Positions 20,202 to 30,861 of a stretch of DNA of 64,000 bases are shown one piece after another. Numbering within the stretch: position 1 is the first letter of the stretch; every line of letters starts with the position of its first letter. The position numbers and the translations under genes were made by a program. Where the stretch lies: IMG/VR virus record IMGVR_UViG_3300017913_001136, positions 20,908-84,907 of that record. One strand, written 5' to 3'. This DNA is from a virus (Duplodnaviria > Caudoviricetes). The notes beneath the pieces were generated by a model, which was not told the DNA's origin, did not search any database, and worked only from the letters and a program-made list of their open reading frames with translations.

Positions 20202-20231
20202 TTTTAAATCCTATTGCGCACTTGCATAATG

Positions 20232-21278
20232 CTATTTATAATAGTTGTACAGAGTTGTTGGTCCATCACTGTCTTCCGTTTGAATATAATATGTCTGGTC
20301 GAACCTTGTAATTGACGTTGTAGAAGAGAACTTCGTGAACGTATCGTCGAAGGTGAGATGGAACCCTGCCCAGTGGTCGACATCCGCATAGTTGGAATCT
20401 GTATGACGGATTGTAAGACTGAGACCGTATTCTTCCGGAGTCTTGTAGACGCTGAGACGCTCTCTTGCCTTGTCCGCATCGTTCTCTTCTGGAGCAACAT
20501 ATCCTGGCAGCATGTAATCGCCAGATGCATAACCGATACGATCATCGTTATCAGCATAGAGACCAGTGACCTCCCCTTCAATTCTACCGAATACCAGAGT
20601 TGCCTCGCTATGAACTTTCTGACGAGGATCAAGTTCAGGCATAGACTGTTCAGTGGTAACGCCAACAGGAACATTAGAAAGAATAACAACTTCTGCTGCT
20701 AGGTGATAACCTGACGGATGTACGTATCTTCTCCATAGTGTTTCCCATACATGAATAGGAAAAGGAGAACTGACCAACAATGAAAAAATCTGGTAGATCT
20801 TTCCGTCATGGATTCTCTTACCAAATTCAGTTCCTATTTCATCGACACCAACATATAACAAATCTTTTTTGGGATAAATAATTTCAACATCTTCCTCGTT
20901 AAAGAAAGATCTAAAAAACCCATAACCAGAATATTCAGAACCCTTTACACGGAAGAAATTACCAAAGTTTCTTACGACCTCTCTCGGGAATGTAAAGATT
21001 CTAGAACTGACGCCAAGTCCAACTTCATCGAGAAGAAAGTCTAGACGCTCAAGTTCAGTATCCTCATAATCTCGGATAGTATTAATCTCATTGATTATAC
21101 CACCCCATTGACCATCAGAATCAAGATATTCATAATATCCTTCTAAGAAGGCGATAAGGTTTGGATAATCTTCCTGGAAATACTCTGGAAGAACTTCCTG
21201 AACCGCACTCTTCCTGAGATTGACAGGGAGTCTATTATAGTCCTTCAGAGTTTCTGAATTATTCGGTGAATGTCCCAT
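20232..21278 (-). CDS. Baseplate wedge gp7-like protein (short form)
   Basis: LPEYFQEDYPNLIAFLEGYYEYL, FFRVKGSEYS..FFRSFFNE, VHPSG motifs; sits between gp6 and gp9-like. Confidence 0.65.
   Translation of the reverse strand: MGHSPNNSETLKDYNRLPVNLRKSAVQEVLPEYFQEDYPNLIAFLEGYYEYLDSDGQWGGIINEINTIRDYEDTELERLDFLLDEVGLGVSSRIFTFPREVVRNFGNFFRVKGSEYSGYGFFRSFFNEEDVEIIYPKKDLLYVGVDEIGTEFGKRIHDGKIYQIFSLLVSSPFPIHVWETLWRRYVHPSGYHLAAEVVILSNVPVGVTTEQSMPELDPRQKVHSEATLVFGRIEGEVTGLYADNDDRIGYASGDYMLPGYVAPEENDADKARERLSVYKTPEEYGLSLTIRHTDSNYADVDHWAGFHLTFDDTFTKFSSTTSITRFDQTYYIQTEDSDGPTTLYNYYK
20233..20240 (-). promoter_or_regulatory. T4-type late promoter TATAAATA
   Basis: Exact motif 32 nt upstream of the gp9-like start. 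Confidence 0.7.
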
Positions 21279-23116
21279 TATGTCACTTTAAGAGTTTCTG
21301 TTTGTCTGTCTATGATTGCAGTTGCTGATGACTTATCTGTTTCTAATTTAAGAATGTAGTTCCGTAAAGGTTGAATAGATGAATCATTCTCAGGAGCAAC
21401 CTGTATTCTAATGAAAGTATCTCCGCTCAAAAGTCTTGTAGGATTAAACCCAACAATACTCACAACACCTGTATCTGCATTATAACTTCCAACATTATCA
21501 AGAACGATATTATCATCTAGATCAAAGATAGCAAGTTGATTGCTTTTTAATCTATTTTTAATAATACATACAAGTCCGTTGTATTCAAACGCATCGGTCT
21601 TAATAATAAAGAATATATCATCCGGATCTTTGATCTTACATGGGAATGGAACTGTAAATGTGTTTAGATCGTTTGTAGTAACTTCCTGACGCATCTGAAC
21701 ATCAATGTCAATCTTAGTATTCAGAACTGCTTTATTCAAAGCATCGATCTCTGTTAACAGATTACTCTTTCTGAACACTTTATTGAATGACTCAAGATTT
21801 CTCTTAAAATAATTTACAGTAAACTGTGTTATGTTCGCTTCTTGTGTTTGGTTTGATATACCGATAAGAGCAGGATCAAAATTAAATTGAGTTGTAAGAA
21901 TCAAGAACACGTCTTTAGGGTCTGCGAACTTCGGAGTCATCGACATTGTAGAAAGGTTCTTGACGTAGTTAGCACGGATCTGATCTTTAACTTGTTGTTT
22001 AGTAGAAGCAGAAACATTTGCTTTGAAATTGAGTGAAATATAAACTGCGCCATAATCTAATGGTATGTTTTCATCGCCCGACCAAATTGCTGCTTCTTTT
22101 ACGTCAGCAAAATTAGTTTCGATAATTGCTTTGTAATCGAGTGAAGTCACCAACCTTTGCTGGGATGCAAAGGCGATAGGTGCGAGTTGACGAATAGATT
22201 CTATTGATTGTTTTTCTGCACCGCCAGCAGATTCAGATGAAGTGACAGCACTTAAAACATATTGTAGATTGCCCACTGTTACTTGTGATTTCGCTAAGAA
22301 CGATGTTCCGTTATTAGCAAGTGGACCTTTTGAAGAAAGGTATGTGACAACGATCTTTTGTCCTGGTTCCGGAGATTTACCAAATGATGTACCATCCCCG
22401 AAGTTTACTTCATAGAATCCACTAGGTGCTTCGTTGATGCTATAGTATGTTGTTTCACTATCGATTCGAACTGCTTGAGAAAGTGGAGAATATTCTGTGT
22501 ATGTATTTGAAGTAAGACTATCATAGACGAGAACACGAGCAGTAGAACGATCCATAGTTTCATCAGGAATGATGTAAACTTGTCTTTCGTCTTTTTGACC
22601 AACGATAAAAGTTTTTGTTTTCTCTATGCCTTCGTATACAGGAATATCTGAAGAACCTGCTGAAGTCGTGAAGTCATAACTCCCTGAACCATTATCTCTT
22701 GCTGTATATGCCTCTAATGTTCTGAATGTATATGATGTGCCATCAATTGATGAGGAAAACTGAGTTCCTCTTGGTATAGTTATTGTAACAGGACGACCAG
22801 AAACCCCTGCCAAGTTGAGTGAAAGATTCAGGAGTGCTTTCGCTGAAGTCACAGATCTTGTTTCATAACCAAGCATTGCTGCATGAGAAAGAACTGAACT
22901 TCTCAGTTGCGCTGTCGGTAAGAATGCTTCGTTGAGTGCAAAGTTAGCAGTCAGAGCATTGACGTGTGTATTATATGCAAGAACATCAAGAAGGTTGTTT
23001 AGACCTGCACCTTCAAAGTCGTATGAATTAAATTCATCTTTGCTTTTAAAATAATCTTTGAGACGATTCTTAATCGTATTAAAATCAAGATCTGCCGATT
23101 TAGTCGTAGTTGCCAT
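21278..23116 (-). CDS. gp6: Baseplate wedge subunit gp6
   Basis: DLDFNTIKNRLKDY, FNSYDFEGAGLNNLLDVLAYNTH, AQLRSSVLSHA, QQRLVTSLDY. Confidence 0.92.
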   Translation of the reverse strand: MATTTKSADLDFNTIKNRLKDYFKSKDEFNSYDFEGAGLNNLLDVLAYNTHVNALTANFALNEAFLPTAQLRSSVLSHAAMLGYETRSVTSAKALLNLSLNLAGVSGRPVTITIPRGTQFSSSIDGTSYTFRTLEAYTARDNGSGSYDFTTSAGSSDIPVYEGIEKTKTFIVGQKDERQVYIIPDETMDRSTARVLVYDSLTSNTYTEYSPLSQAVRIDSETTYYSINEAPSGFYEVNFGDGTSFGKSPEPGQKIVVTYLSSKGPLANNGTSFLAKSQVTVGNLQYVLSAVTSSESAGGAEKQSIESIRQLAPIAFASQQRLVTSLDYKAIIETNFADVKEAAIWSGDENIPLDYGAVYISLNFKANVSASTKQQVKDQIRANYVKNLSTMSMTPKFADPKDVFLILTTQFNFDPALIGISNQTQEANITQFTVNYFKRNLESFNKVFRKSNLLTEIDALNKAVLNTKIDIDVQMRQEVTTNDLNTFTVPFPCKIKDPDDIFFIIKTDAFEYNGLVCIIKNRLKSNQLAIFDLDDNIVLDNVGSYNADTGVVSIVGFNPTRLLSGDTFIRIQVAPENDSSIQPLRNYILKLETDKSSATAIIDRQTETLKVT

Positions 23117-23117
23117 T

Positions 23118-23561
23118 TTATCTCAACCTTGTAAGTGATAGTTCTAATGAAACTGGTTCAACCGAATTTAGAACTTGAAAAGAAAGATTTACATTGATTA
23201 TATTTTTTTCTGGTTCCAATGAAATATAAACATCTCTCATCAAAGCACGTGGTTCATGCAAGGTAACAGTTTCAAATATCTGATCTCTGAGCATATCTGC
23301 TTCTACAGTGGTATCAAGTTCAAAAAGGAAACTGTTTAAGTTTCCACCATATGTTGTATTAAAAGGTTTTTCCATAAAGTTAGTCATCAAGATATTCTTG
23401 ACGGATTGTTTGACTGCAGCAACATCTTGCTTTTTATATACATCACCAGAAGGTTTTGCTGAGAAAAATAAATCGATATCCTTGTACAACACCTTTTTGG
23501 TGCTGCCAATGCTGGAGGTATTTAAATTTCCATCTTCGAGGGCAAACGCTTTTGCTGGCAT
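23118..23561 (-). CDS. gp25: Baseplate wedge subunit gp25
   Basis: YKDIDLFF, AVKQSVKNILMTN..EKPF...GGNL..LFE, EPR. Confidence 0.9.
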   Translation of the reverse strand: MPAKAFALEDGNLNTSSIGSTKKVLYKDIDLFFSAKPSGDVYKKQDVAAVKQSVKNILMTNFMEKPFNTTYGGNLNSFLFELDTTVEADMLRDQIFETVTLHEPRALMRDVYISLEPEKNIINVNLSFQVLNSVEPVSLELSLTRLR

Positions 23562-23579
23562 GTGAATTTCCTTTTATCC

Positions 23580-23587
23580 TATTTATA
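23580..23587 (-). promoter_or_regulatory. T4-type late promoter TATAAATA
   Basis: Exact motif upstream of gp25, followed by an AAGGA RBS. Confidence 0.75.
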
Positions 23588-23593
23588 AGGTTT

Positions 23594-25606
23594 TTATGCG
23601 AGTATTTCTATCAGTTCACCTGTTGCCTGAACATAATTGTTGTATCTCGTTTCCAGTTTATTTTCGTAACTTGCTGTGTATCCTGCTAAAGAAAGTTCAG
23701 GCATGATAACAATAATCTGGGCATTCAATGATCCATTCGGATTATATGTATCGTAGTCAAGAATCATCTTTTCATAATTCTGACTATCTTTCCACCATGC
23801 CGCAAGTTTAAATGTTTGATTAAGAGCAATTTTACCTTTGCGATCACGCAACTCATATACGATTGCTCTACCATAACTTCGATAATCGTTGACGCTTCCA
23901 GGAGTGATTATTTCGTTGTTTCCTATTTTATAAACACCCTCAGAAACAATCAAACGATATTCATCGAACTCGCCTTCATCTTCAATAACACTTCTCATCA
24001 TCTGACCATGAAGATAAAGGTATTTGGCCATCTCTACTCTATCTTCATCTACAAGATGATCAATAGTAATAGGATCACCATGCCCACCAATAAACTTCGC
24101 AATGTTTATCCCCCTTGCTAGTTTGGTTCGTTTAGTGATTACCTTTTTCCTTTCCGGATCATATATCGGATTAGGAGTGACTGTTATAACATTATTCTGT
24201 ACAGTTCCTGCAAACCTTTTTGCTTCTGCTCCAAGTATCTTACCGAAAGTTTCTTTCGGATGTGCATTGCGTGGAGTCGGTTCGTCATCTACGACCGCAC
24301 CAATTTTTTTAGGAACTGCATTTGTGTAAGTCGAACTTAGAATATTTTCTGCTAGAGCAGAGGCAATAAAGTCCTCGTTGTTTTGAGCAGATGCGTTTCT
24401 TAGTTTTGATCTGACTTCTTTTATCTGTAGAGATCTATCCGAAACGCCACCATAATCAACCAACCTATTGATTGAGTTGTAGATAACATCACCCACATCA
24501 ATAGCAACTTTAAATATCCCATATTGTGAGTTAAACCAGTCATTCTTGATTACAGAGTTGGTTGGTTGTACTGTTGTCTTATTAGTAGCAACAGTTGTAT
24601 CGTTTGTATTAGTACCAGGAGATCCTGCTGATCCAAGAGGTGCTTGTCCTGCCGTTGAAGCATAGTCTGCTTGATTAGCATCATCTGCTTTACCAGTTAA
24701 GTCACCGTGAAAAGTAGTAGCATACATCGCCGTGGCATGAACAGAAGTTGAATTAACACGAGGAATATGCGCAGTGTGCCCATAGTAAACCATGTTCTCA
24801 CCACCGATAGTTCCACTGTCACCGATGAAAGTCAAACTTGATGCACCCATATTGATATCTGGCGATGTAGCAATATATTTGTTTTCTGCAGATATTTGGT
24901 ATTCTGAACCAACAACGTCTTCTTTGTTTATACCAACCGTTGTGGTTTGATTTTTCTTAATGATATTCTGCTGATCACCAGATATAAAATTAGTATCTGA
25001 ACCTGTGATAGTCTTTGACATATTACGGTTGACGAAGGTTGCATGATTACCATTTACGTCTTGACGGAAACCACCTTTCACTTCTTGAGTCATCGCACCG
25101 CCAGAAGTCATGTTAATATTACCGCCAACCTCTAGATCAAAGTCGCCATCTACTTTTAATTTAAAGTTGCCGTGATATACTAACTCGCCATCACCTTCTA
25201 TGATAACTTTCTCACCACCTGCTGCTACTCTTACGATATTATTCGTTGCGTTAATAATAACCGAACCATCAGCACGCATCTCTATCCCAGCACCTGTCTT
25301 GTGCTTGAATAACATGCGCTCACGTCCAGGAGTATCATCTACCTCTTGTACATGACCAGATACAGTTCTCCTCACTTGATTCAAAGGAGCAGTAGAAGCA
25401 GGATAATCTTTTATTTCTAAATCTAAATTTACGTCACCGCCACCAAGAAGCAGTTCGTTTTGCTCAATACCACGTGCCTCTAAGTTTACAGATGGGGCAT
25501 TAGCATATTCACGTTTAGGGAACACACCTTTAGGATCGTCAAACGGATCTTCTTTCTCTGTTTGAGCAATATGAATATTGGATTTGTAAATATCTTCATC
25601 TGCCAT
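23594..25606 (-). CDS. gp5 C-terminal part (baseplate hub/spike beta-helix) with extension
   Basis: TVSGHVQEVDDTPGRERMLFKHKTGAGIEMRADGS followed by V-x-G beta-helix repeats. Confidence 0.8.
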   Translation of the reverse strand: MADEDIYKSNIHIAQTEKEDPFDDPKGVFPKREYANAPSVNLEARGIEQNELLLGGGDVNLDLEIKDYPASTAPLNQVRRTVSGHVQEVDDTPGRERMLFKHKTGAGIEMRADGSVIINATNNIVRVAAGGEKVIIEGDGELVYHGNFKLKVDGDFDLEVGGNINMTSGGAMTQEVKGGFRQDVNGNHATFVNRNMSKTITGSDTNFISGDQQNIIKKNQTTTVGINKEDVVGSEYQISAENKYIATSPDINMGASSLTFIGDSGTIGGENMVYYGHTAHIPRVNSTSVHATAMYATTFHGDLTGKADDANQADYASTAGQAPLGSAGSPGTNTNDTTVATNKTTVQPTNSVIKNDWFNSQYGIFKVAIDVGDVIYNSINRLVDYGGVSDRSLQIKEVRSKLRNASAQNNEDFIASALAENILSSTYTNAVPKKIGAVVDDEPTPRNAHPKETFGKILGAEAKRFAGTVQNNVITVTPNPIYDPERKKVITKRTKLARGINIAKFIGGHGDPITIDHLVDEDRVEMAKYLYLHGQMMRSVIEDEGEFDEYRLIVSEGVYKIGNNEIITPGSVNDYRSYGRAIVYELRDRKGKIALNQTFKLAAWWKDSQNYEKMILDYDTYNPNGSLNAQIIVIMPELSLAGYTASYENKLETRYNNYVQATGELIEILA

Positions 25607-27813
25607 TATTCTTCACTTTCATTTAAATAATCATCTGTAAGATCTGCATACGGATCATCGTCACCATCTTCTCCGTCTGGTATTTCTCGTTTCTTTAGAA
25701 GGTATGCTCCGACATCAAACTCTGGACCAATCAAATTCATAAACCGTGTAATCTGAGTTGCTTGCGTGCTTCCTGCAGCAAATTCTATTCTTTGTTCAGC
25801 AAGGAACTGATCATATCCTTTGAATACGCCTCCAGGAGAGTGGCGATACATAACTTCAACGATCATATCAAATGTTTTCCACTGTTCCGCTGTAATTGAC
25901 TTTGATGAAATATTAGTCCAGTCTTGTTTTAAGTTTACGCTGGCAACACCCCTATATGCAGGTTGGTCACCAAGTAGACCAGCATCAAATGTTACCAGAA
26001 TGGCATTGTCATGCACTTTTTTAAAGGGAGTTTGATCTTCTTGAACCAGTTTCTTTGAAAAGAATGTTGTAGGAGCAGTTCCGATAGGAATAACCCTTTC
26101 TAGACCACCATCCTTCTTGATGATATAGTTACATCTCGCATATCCAGGTCTTCCGATCGGTTCGGGATCTGGTTCTGCTTTTTTATCTTGTAAACTTTTA
26201 TAGAACCTTTGGTGCCAATCGTTTAATTTTCTTCCTGTATAAAATTCGTTCTCTGCACTCAGATTCCAGTTTACCAACAGATGTTTGATTACACGAGGCG
26301 AATTCTTTATTTCAAGTTCTAGTTCTTTTTTACTATTGACTGGTTCATATCCACCCCAGAACTCATTGTCAAGTTGATTATATCCGAGTTGATCAATACC
26401 TGTAGTTCTAGTGTCACCCAACTTTTTAACAGGAGTTGTTGGTTCTTCTACTGCTGTCTTGTTACCTTTATCAACGACTTTCTTTATCTGTGTCTTTCCT
26501 GTCGCCTGTGCAATATTAGGAGCAACTGCACCATTAGAAGGATCTATACCATTAACAAAAGATGGAAGTTCTTTACCAAGTTCTGAGAATCCTCCTAGAC
26601 CTTGCGCCAGTCCAACGACACTTGCCATGATATTACCGAACTCCACGCCCAGAGAACCGAAAGGATTTCCTGGTGCTATGGGGTTGGCACCATTACTAAA
26701 TGCCTCCATCGCTCCGCTAAAATTTGCTGAGATCTTATCTGTGAGAGGGTTATCTTTAATCTTTGATTGTAAAGAAGCAAGAGGATTAGGATTATCGATA
26801 TTGAACCCTGTAGGAACTTGAACTCCAGGAAACCCGATAGGATTACCAAGTCCTCTAAATTGTTTTGTTGAAAAAGTCTTTTGTGGTTCCACAGTCTTCT
26901 GTTTCTTTAGATTTACAACCGTGTTCGCAACAACATTCACTCCTTTATCAACCTCAGCATTCACTTCTGCTATTTCTTCATCACTCAGTCCGATGTCTTT
27001 ATATGCTTGTTGAACTTTAGGATCGTTCGTTACTGCTTTCATTTCGTTTACAACACCAACAACATCTGCATTTTTTATATTGTTTGATTTTTGAACTTCT
27101 GGACTCTCAAGAGTTTTCTTAATTCCGACAGGACTTGCAGAAGCAATCACTTTGTTCAGGTTTTTACTTGCAGCAGTTGTAGACCCTGCTAATGTGTCTA
27201 TGTTCGATTTCGTCGAAGGTGATTTCGTAACAGTAACATTAGGAACATTTTCTGTCATCTCTGAAATAGAGGGTTCAGGTTTATGTGATGACTGTCTAGA
27301 AGATGCAGGCAAAACTGATTCTGTATGAGACTTGAATCCCCCTGCCTGAGAACCTATTTCGGTTGTATTCTGCGCTCTTTCTAATGCAACCGTTTGTGCT
27401 TGTAGTTGTTTAAGTTCACGATCTCGCCTTTCAGCATCGAGTTTTTCTTGTCTGACAGCAAGTTGCGAATCTACAGAAGTCTTGTTGACTCTTTTTGCTT
27501 TTCTTTCTGCTGCTTCATCGTCCCTTGCCTTTTTACGTGCTTTCCTGAAAGCATTGATAACTTGTTTGATGTAATCAATCTGTAAAGAAAGGGCATCTAT
27601 AAAGTCTTGTTGTGTGCCTGAACCAGCAACAAGATCTCTTCTTTGCTTTTTCCTCTCTAGTTCAAGTTCTCTCCGTTTGCTTTTTAAAGCACGCTGTTCT
27701 GGTGCTCTCAATATTTTGCCTGTTGGGATCATCGCATTCATGTCCCAAACTCCAGGGACGATAGCGTTTACCTCTTCAGCAAGTTCTACAGATTTTTGAT
27801 ATGACACACCCAT
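25606..27813 (-). CDS. Virion-associated protein with N-terminal coiled coil and degenerate Amidase_2/PGRP-like C-terminal domain
   Basis: IKHLLVNW...LNDWH...NYIIKKDGGLE...ILVTFDAG...AEQWKTF...FKGYDQ...GPEFDV aligns by eye to T7-lysozyme-type amidases. Confidence 0.55.
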   Translation of the reverse strand: MGVSYQKSVELAEEVNAIVPGVWDMNAMIPTGKILRAPEQRALKSKRRELELERKKQRRDLVAGSGTQQDFIDALSLQIDYIKQVINAFRKARKKARDDEAAERKAKRVNKTSVDSQLAVRQEKLDAERRDRELKQLQAQTVALERAQNTTEIGSQAGGFKSHTESVLPASSRQSSHKPEPSISEMTENVPNVTVTKSPSTKSNIDTLAGSTTAASKNLNKVIASASPVGIKKTLESPEVQKSNNIKNADVVGVVNEMKAVTNDPKVQQAYKDIGLSDEEIAEVNAEVDKGVNVVANTVVNLKKQKTVEPQKTFSTKQFRGLGNPIGFPGVQVPTGFNIDNPNPLASLQSKIKDNPLTDKISANFSGAMEAFSNGANPIAPGNPFGSLGVEFGNIMASVVGLAQGLGGFSELGKELPSFVNGIDPSNGAVAPNIAQATGKTQIKKVVDKGNKTAVEEPTTPVKKLGDTRTTGIDQLGYNQLDNEFWGGYEPVNSKKELELEIKNSPRVIKHLLVNWNLSAENEFYTGRKLNDWHQRFYKSLQDKKAEPDPEPIGRPGYARCNYIIKKDGGLERVIPIGTAPTTFFSKKLVQEDQTPFKKVHDNAILVTFDAGLLGDQPAYRGVASVNLKQDWTNISSKSITAEQWKTFDMIVEVMYRHSPGGVFKGYDQFLAEQRIEFAAGSTQATQITRFMNLIGPEFDVGAYLLKKREIPDGEDGDDDPYADLTDDYLNESEE

Positions 27814-28766
27814 TACGATTCAAACTTTCTATATATCTCTTCTGCGAACTCAATCCGCTCTTCTTCACCAAGACGTTTATATTTACCGTCCTCACCAACT
27901 ATCTTCTTATCTTCATTCGCTGCAGTTTTTTCTACTTGATATCCAGGACGTTCGAACTTTCTCATGAATATAAGTGCTGCCTCTTTTGGTGTTTGTGCAC
28001 GTTTGAGTTCTGCCAACCCAAGATATGGAAACGAGTTAAGTTCTTTTTTAGTCCATAACAACTGAGCATATAAACTTGTGTATGTCAGGTTCAACGAAGC
28101 AGAAAATTCTTGTAGTGCGCCAAGTCTATTACCTGCAGCAGGAGCAGGATTCCACTGAGCAACACCAAAAGAACCTTCTCCAGGAATACCTGAAACAGCA
28201 GTAGGATTTATATCACCACCATTAGATCTTGCACCAGACTCTTCACAAAAGTTTCCGAGTACACCTGCTGCAGCAATCGGTGAAAGATTACATCCCTCTT
28301 TAGTAATTAAGAAGTTGTATGCTTTCTCAATATTTGTAGCACCATATAAATTTTCTTCGTCTACTTTATCAGGAGGCAAAAGGTTTTTATTAATCGCAGG
28401 ATCTAAATGTGGAGGGATGTCTGGTTGGTGTATATTACCACCTCTCTGCGGAACTGCTCCCTCAAACTTTGGCATTGAACCAACCACCAAAGGAAGTTGA
28501 GAATGCACACCATCAAGGAAGATACCAAATACTTGTGCCTGTTCTTTGATTCCTGTAGTCGCACCCAAACCAGAACTCCCACCTTCAGTCACAGGAACTA
28601 TAACCTGTGCCCATGGCAAGTCTCCGTCGGCGATATCAGGATTATCATGAACTCCAACAATTCTTACTTTGATTCTACCCATCTCAAGTGGGTCGTTGAT
28701 ATTGATAACTCTACCAACAAACCAACGAGTTTGATCACCGTAAAATTGACTGCTTGATGGTATCAT
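27813..28766 (-). CDS. gp5 N-terminal OB-fold fused to phage tail lysozyme (Phage_lysozyme2-like) domain
   Basis: WFVGRV..INDPLEMGRIKVRI.G.H...LPWA..GIFLDG (gp5 OB-fold); AAAGVLGNFCEESG...GVAQW...R...FERP (lysozyme). Confidence 0.8.
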   Translation of the reverse strand: MIPSSSQFYGDQTRWFVGRVININDPLEMGRIKVRIVGVHDNPDIADGDLPWAQVIVPVTEGGSSGLGATTGIKEQAQVFGIFLDGVHSQLPLVVGSMPKFEGAVPQRGGNIHQPDIPPHLDPAINKNLLPPDKVDEENLYGATNIEKAYNFLITKEGCNLSPIAAAGVLGNFCEESGARSNGGDINPTAVSGIPGEGSFGVAQWNPAPAAGNRLGALQEFSASLNLTYTSLYAQLLWTKKELNSFPYLGLAELKRAQTPKEAALIFMRKFERPGYQVEKTAANEDKKIVGEDGKYKRLGEEERIEFAEEIYRKFES

Positions 28767-30088
28767 ACGATTGCTGCCTCACTTGTAAAGTTTTTCATCT
28801 TCGCACAGGTCAGACTGATATCATATCTCTCGGTGGTGAACGAGTGTTTCGTAGCATAAATCAAATAATCACCTGATCGTTTCATATCCCAGTTATTTGT
28901 GGACTTCGCATGCGCAGGTTTATTCGCCATGAAATAAATTCGAACGGTATTCCCCAAAGTCATATTCGTTTTAGGTTTTAAGAATCCGACTCCAGAAACT
29001 TTGATAGTGATCGGTGCTTTCAGAAGATGTGCCTTCATTACATTTCCGATTACTTTCTTACCATAATCCGTATCATCTTTTTCTTCGTTGTATGATTTGT
29101 ATGAACCAAGTCCTGTATTGAAAACTCCAGCACTGCCGATCTGCGTTATTCTTTGAGAAGGTTGTTCATTCAAAACTTCACCGTCTATTTCAAACTCTGC
29201 GAAATTATACTTTTTCTCTTTAGTTGAAGGAAGGGCATCAACAACGTCTCTCTTATAATCTAAATTATATTTCGAGACTTTTGAAGTGAAAGCATCATAG
29301 AACTGATAGTCAGCACCAACAACCCCATCCTTAATCATCTCAAACATATTCTCTCGATCGCCTTCATTGTAACTCAGGATGGGGAGATAGTTATTACCTA
29401 TTTGTTTTTCTTCAGCGATATTTGGTGTAGAAGCATACATGAAAGGTTTCTGAGCATTAACTGGTTCTTGATCTAACATAGTTAACAAATCGTTGACCAC
29501 CAGTTTATCTAATCCGAGTGTAGAAAAGATATAATCAGGAACACCATCAGCAGTTGTCATTCTGTTCTTGACCCATGCGATTGCCTTGAGAGGATCTAAG
29601 TTAGGAACGATGACTTTCATTCTGTTTTGAAATGTTGCTTCTCCTGCTTGTACAATCTTCTTATCGAGAAACTCTTCAGCAATATCAGATATAATTTTTA
29701 TTGGATCGCCAGCATAAACTTTGTTCACGTTTTTATAATTTGATTTAAAAAGAATATCCTCATATAAACTCAAGACCACGAACTCTGCAGTTTGGTTTAC
29801 TTTTTGAGATTCTGTAATAGTTTCAACGACGAATCGTTTTGTGATTACAGGTTCCGTCAACAAAGAAGGTTTTAGTTTTATTTCTACAAACTCTGCACCC
29901 TGTAAATCAAGTCTATCCATCAGTCTGGTTTCATCGACCATAGCGATTTGTGCAGTTAGAAATGGGCAATCTAAATGCTCATAGATATCGATATCGCTCA
30001 CAAGATTTGATAATTCTACAGGAATAGTAGAGCGAGATGAATATAACAGGACGCTGTCTAGAACGTATTTTTTACTTGGTTCTGCCAT
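28763..30088 (-). CDS. Probable baseplate hub protein (gp27-like position)
   Basis: 441 aa between gp53 and gp5; IYEHLD.PFLTA and SGDYLIYATKHSF motifs. Confidence 0.55.
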   Translation of the reverse strand: MAEPSKKYVLDSVLLYSSRSTIPVELSNLVSDIDIYEHLDCPFLTAQIAMVDETRLMDRLDLQGAEFVEIKLKPSLLTEPVITKRFVVETITESQKVNQTAEFVVLSLYEDILFKSNYKNVNKVYAGDPIKIISDIAEEFLDKKIVQAGEATFQNRMKVIVPNLDPLKAIAWVKNRMTTADGVPDYIFSTLGLDKLVVNDLLTMLDQEPVNAQKPFMYASTPNIAEEKQIGNNYLPILSYNEGDRENMFEMIKDGVVGADYQFYDAFTSKVSKYNLDYKRDVVDALPSTKEKKYNFAEFEIDGEVLNEQPSQRITQIGSAGVFNTGLGSYKSYNEEKDDTDYGKKVIGNVMKAHLLKAPITIKVSGVGFLKPKTNMTLGNTVRIYFMANKPAHAKSTNNWDMKRSGDYLIYATKHSFTTERYDISLTCAKMKNFTSEAAIV

Positions 30089-30861
30089 TAACTAGTCAAT
30101 GCTCTTTTAAACGCACTTGCCACCTGAACGATGTTAGAAGGTTTGATTACCTTAATTCTTTTTAAATCGTTATTGATTCTATGGTATCGATCAGCGATAG
30201 TGACTTCATTATATATTCCAGGAGTAGGAGCAGTTGGATCTACATCAATCTGATTGCCGTCTGCATCTTCAAAGTGGTGTGTTGCGTTGTATTCGTATCC
30301 TGTTCCAAGAATAGTTGCTGTTCCTGTATGTTGTGGTAGACCTGTACAGGTTATCGCTTCACCTTTTCTAAATGTACTTGGGCGACCTGCTGTAGCATAT
30401 GGAATTGTATCTACAATCAGTATCCCATGGTCTAAGTCTCTTTTGATAATCTTCCCACGACATCCAGTCAGGATTCCTGTTACATATTCATTTTGTAGAA
30501 ATGTGTTCGCAAAATTTGCTCTACAGTAAATATATTGATGAGGAAAGTCTGTAGAGAGTTTATCTTCCATTTGTTTGTAAGTGAGTGGCCAACCATGCGC
30601 ACGTAGATGATCGTTCATCATAGCGAATGTCCAGTGATATACTGGCGTTTCGTATAAGAACTGCGACACTTGATCGGGACGTTCGTTTTCGATAATATTG
30701 TATGGTTCGTAGAAGTGAACACCTTCTCTCACCTGATCTACAACATCAACATATTGTGTCAAATCTTGAACATACTCGATCTGTCGACCAGCACCGCCAA
30801 GTTTTTCATAATCATCGCCAAAAGTATATGCTGTTGTTCTGAAGTTTCTAAAAAAGTCCAT
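30088..30861 (-). CDS. gp53: Baseplate wedge subunit gp53
   Basis: YNIIENERPDQVSQFLYETPVYHWTFAMMN...WPL; RIKVIKP at C-terminus. Confidence 0.85.
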   Translation of the reverse strand: MDFFRNFRTTAYTFGDDYEKLGGAGRQIEYVQDLTQYVDVVDQVREGVHFYEPYNIIENERPDQVSQFLYETPVYHWTFAMMNDHLRAHGWPLTYKQMEDKLSTDFPHQYIYCRANFANTFLQNEYVTGILTGCRGKIIKRDLDHGILIVDTIPYATAGRPSTFRKGEAITCTGLPQHTGTATILGTGYEYNATHHFEDADGNQIDVDPTAPTPGIYNEVTIADRYHRINNDLKRIKVIKPSNIVQVASAFKRALTS

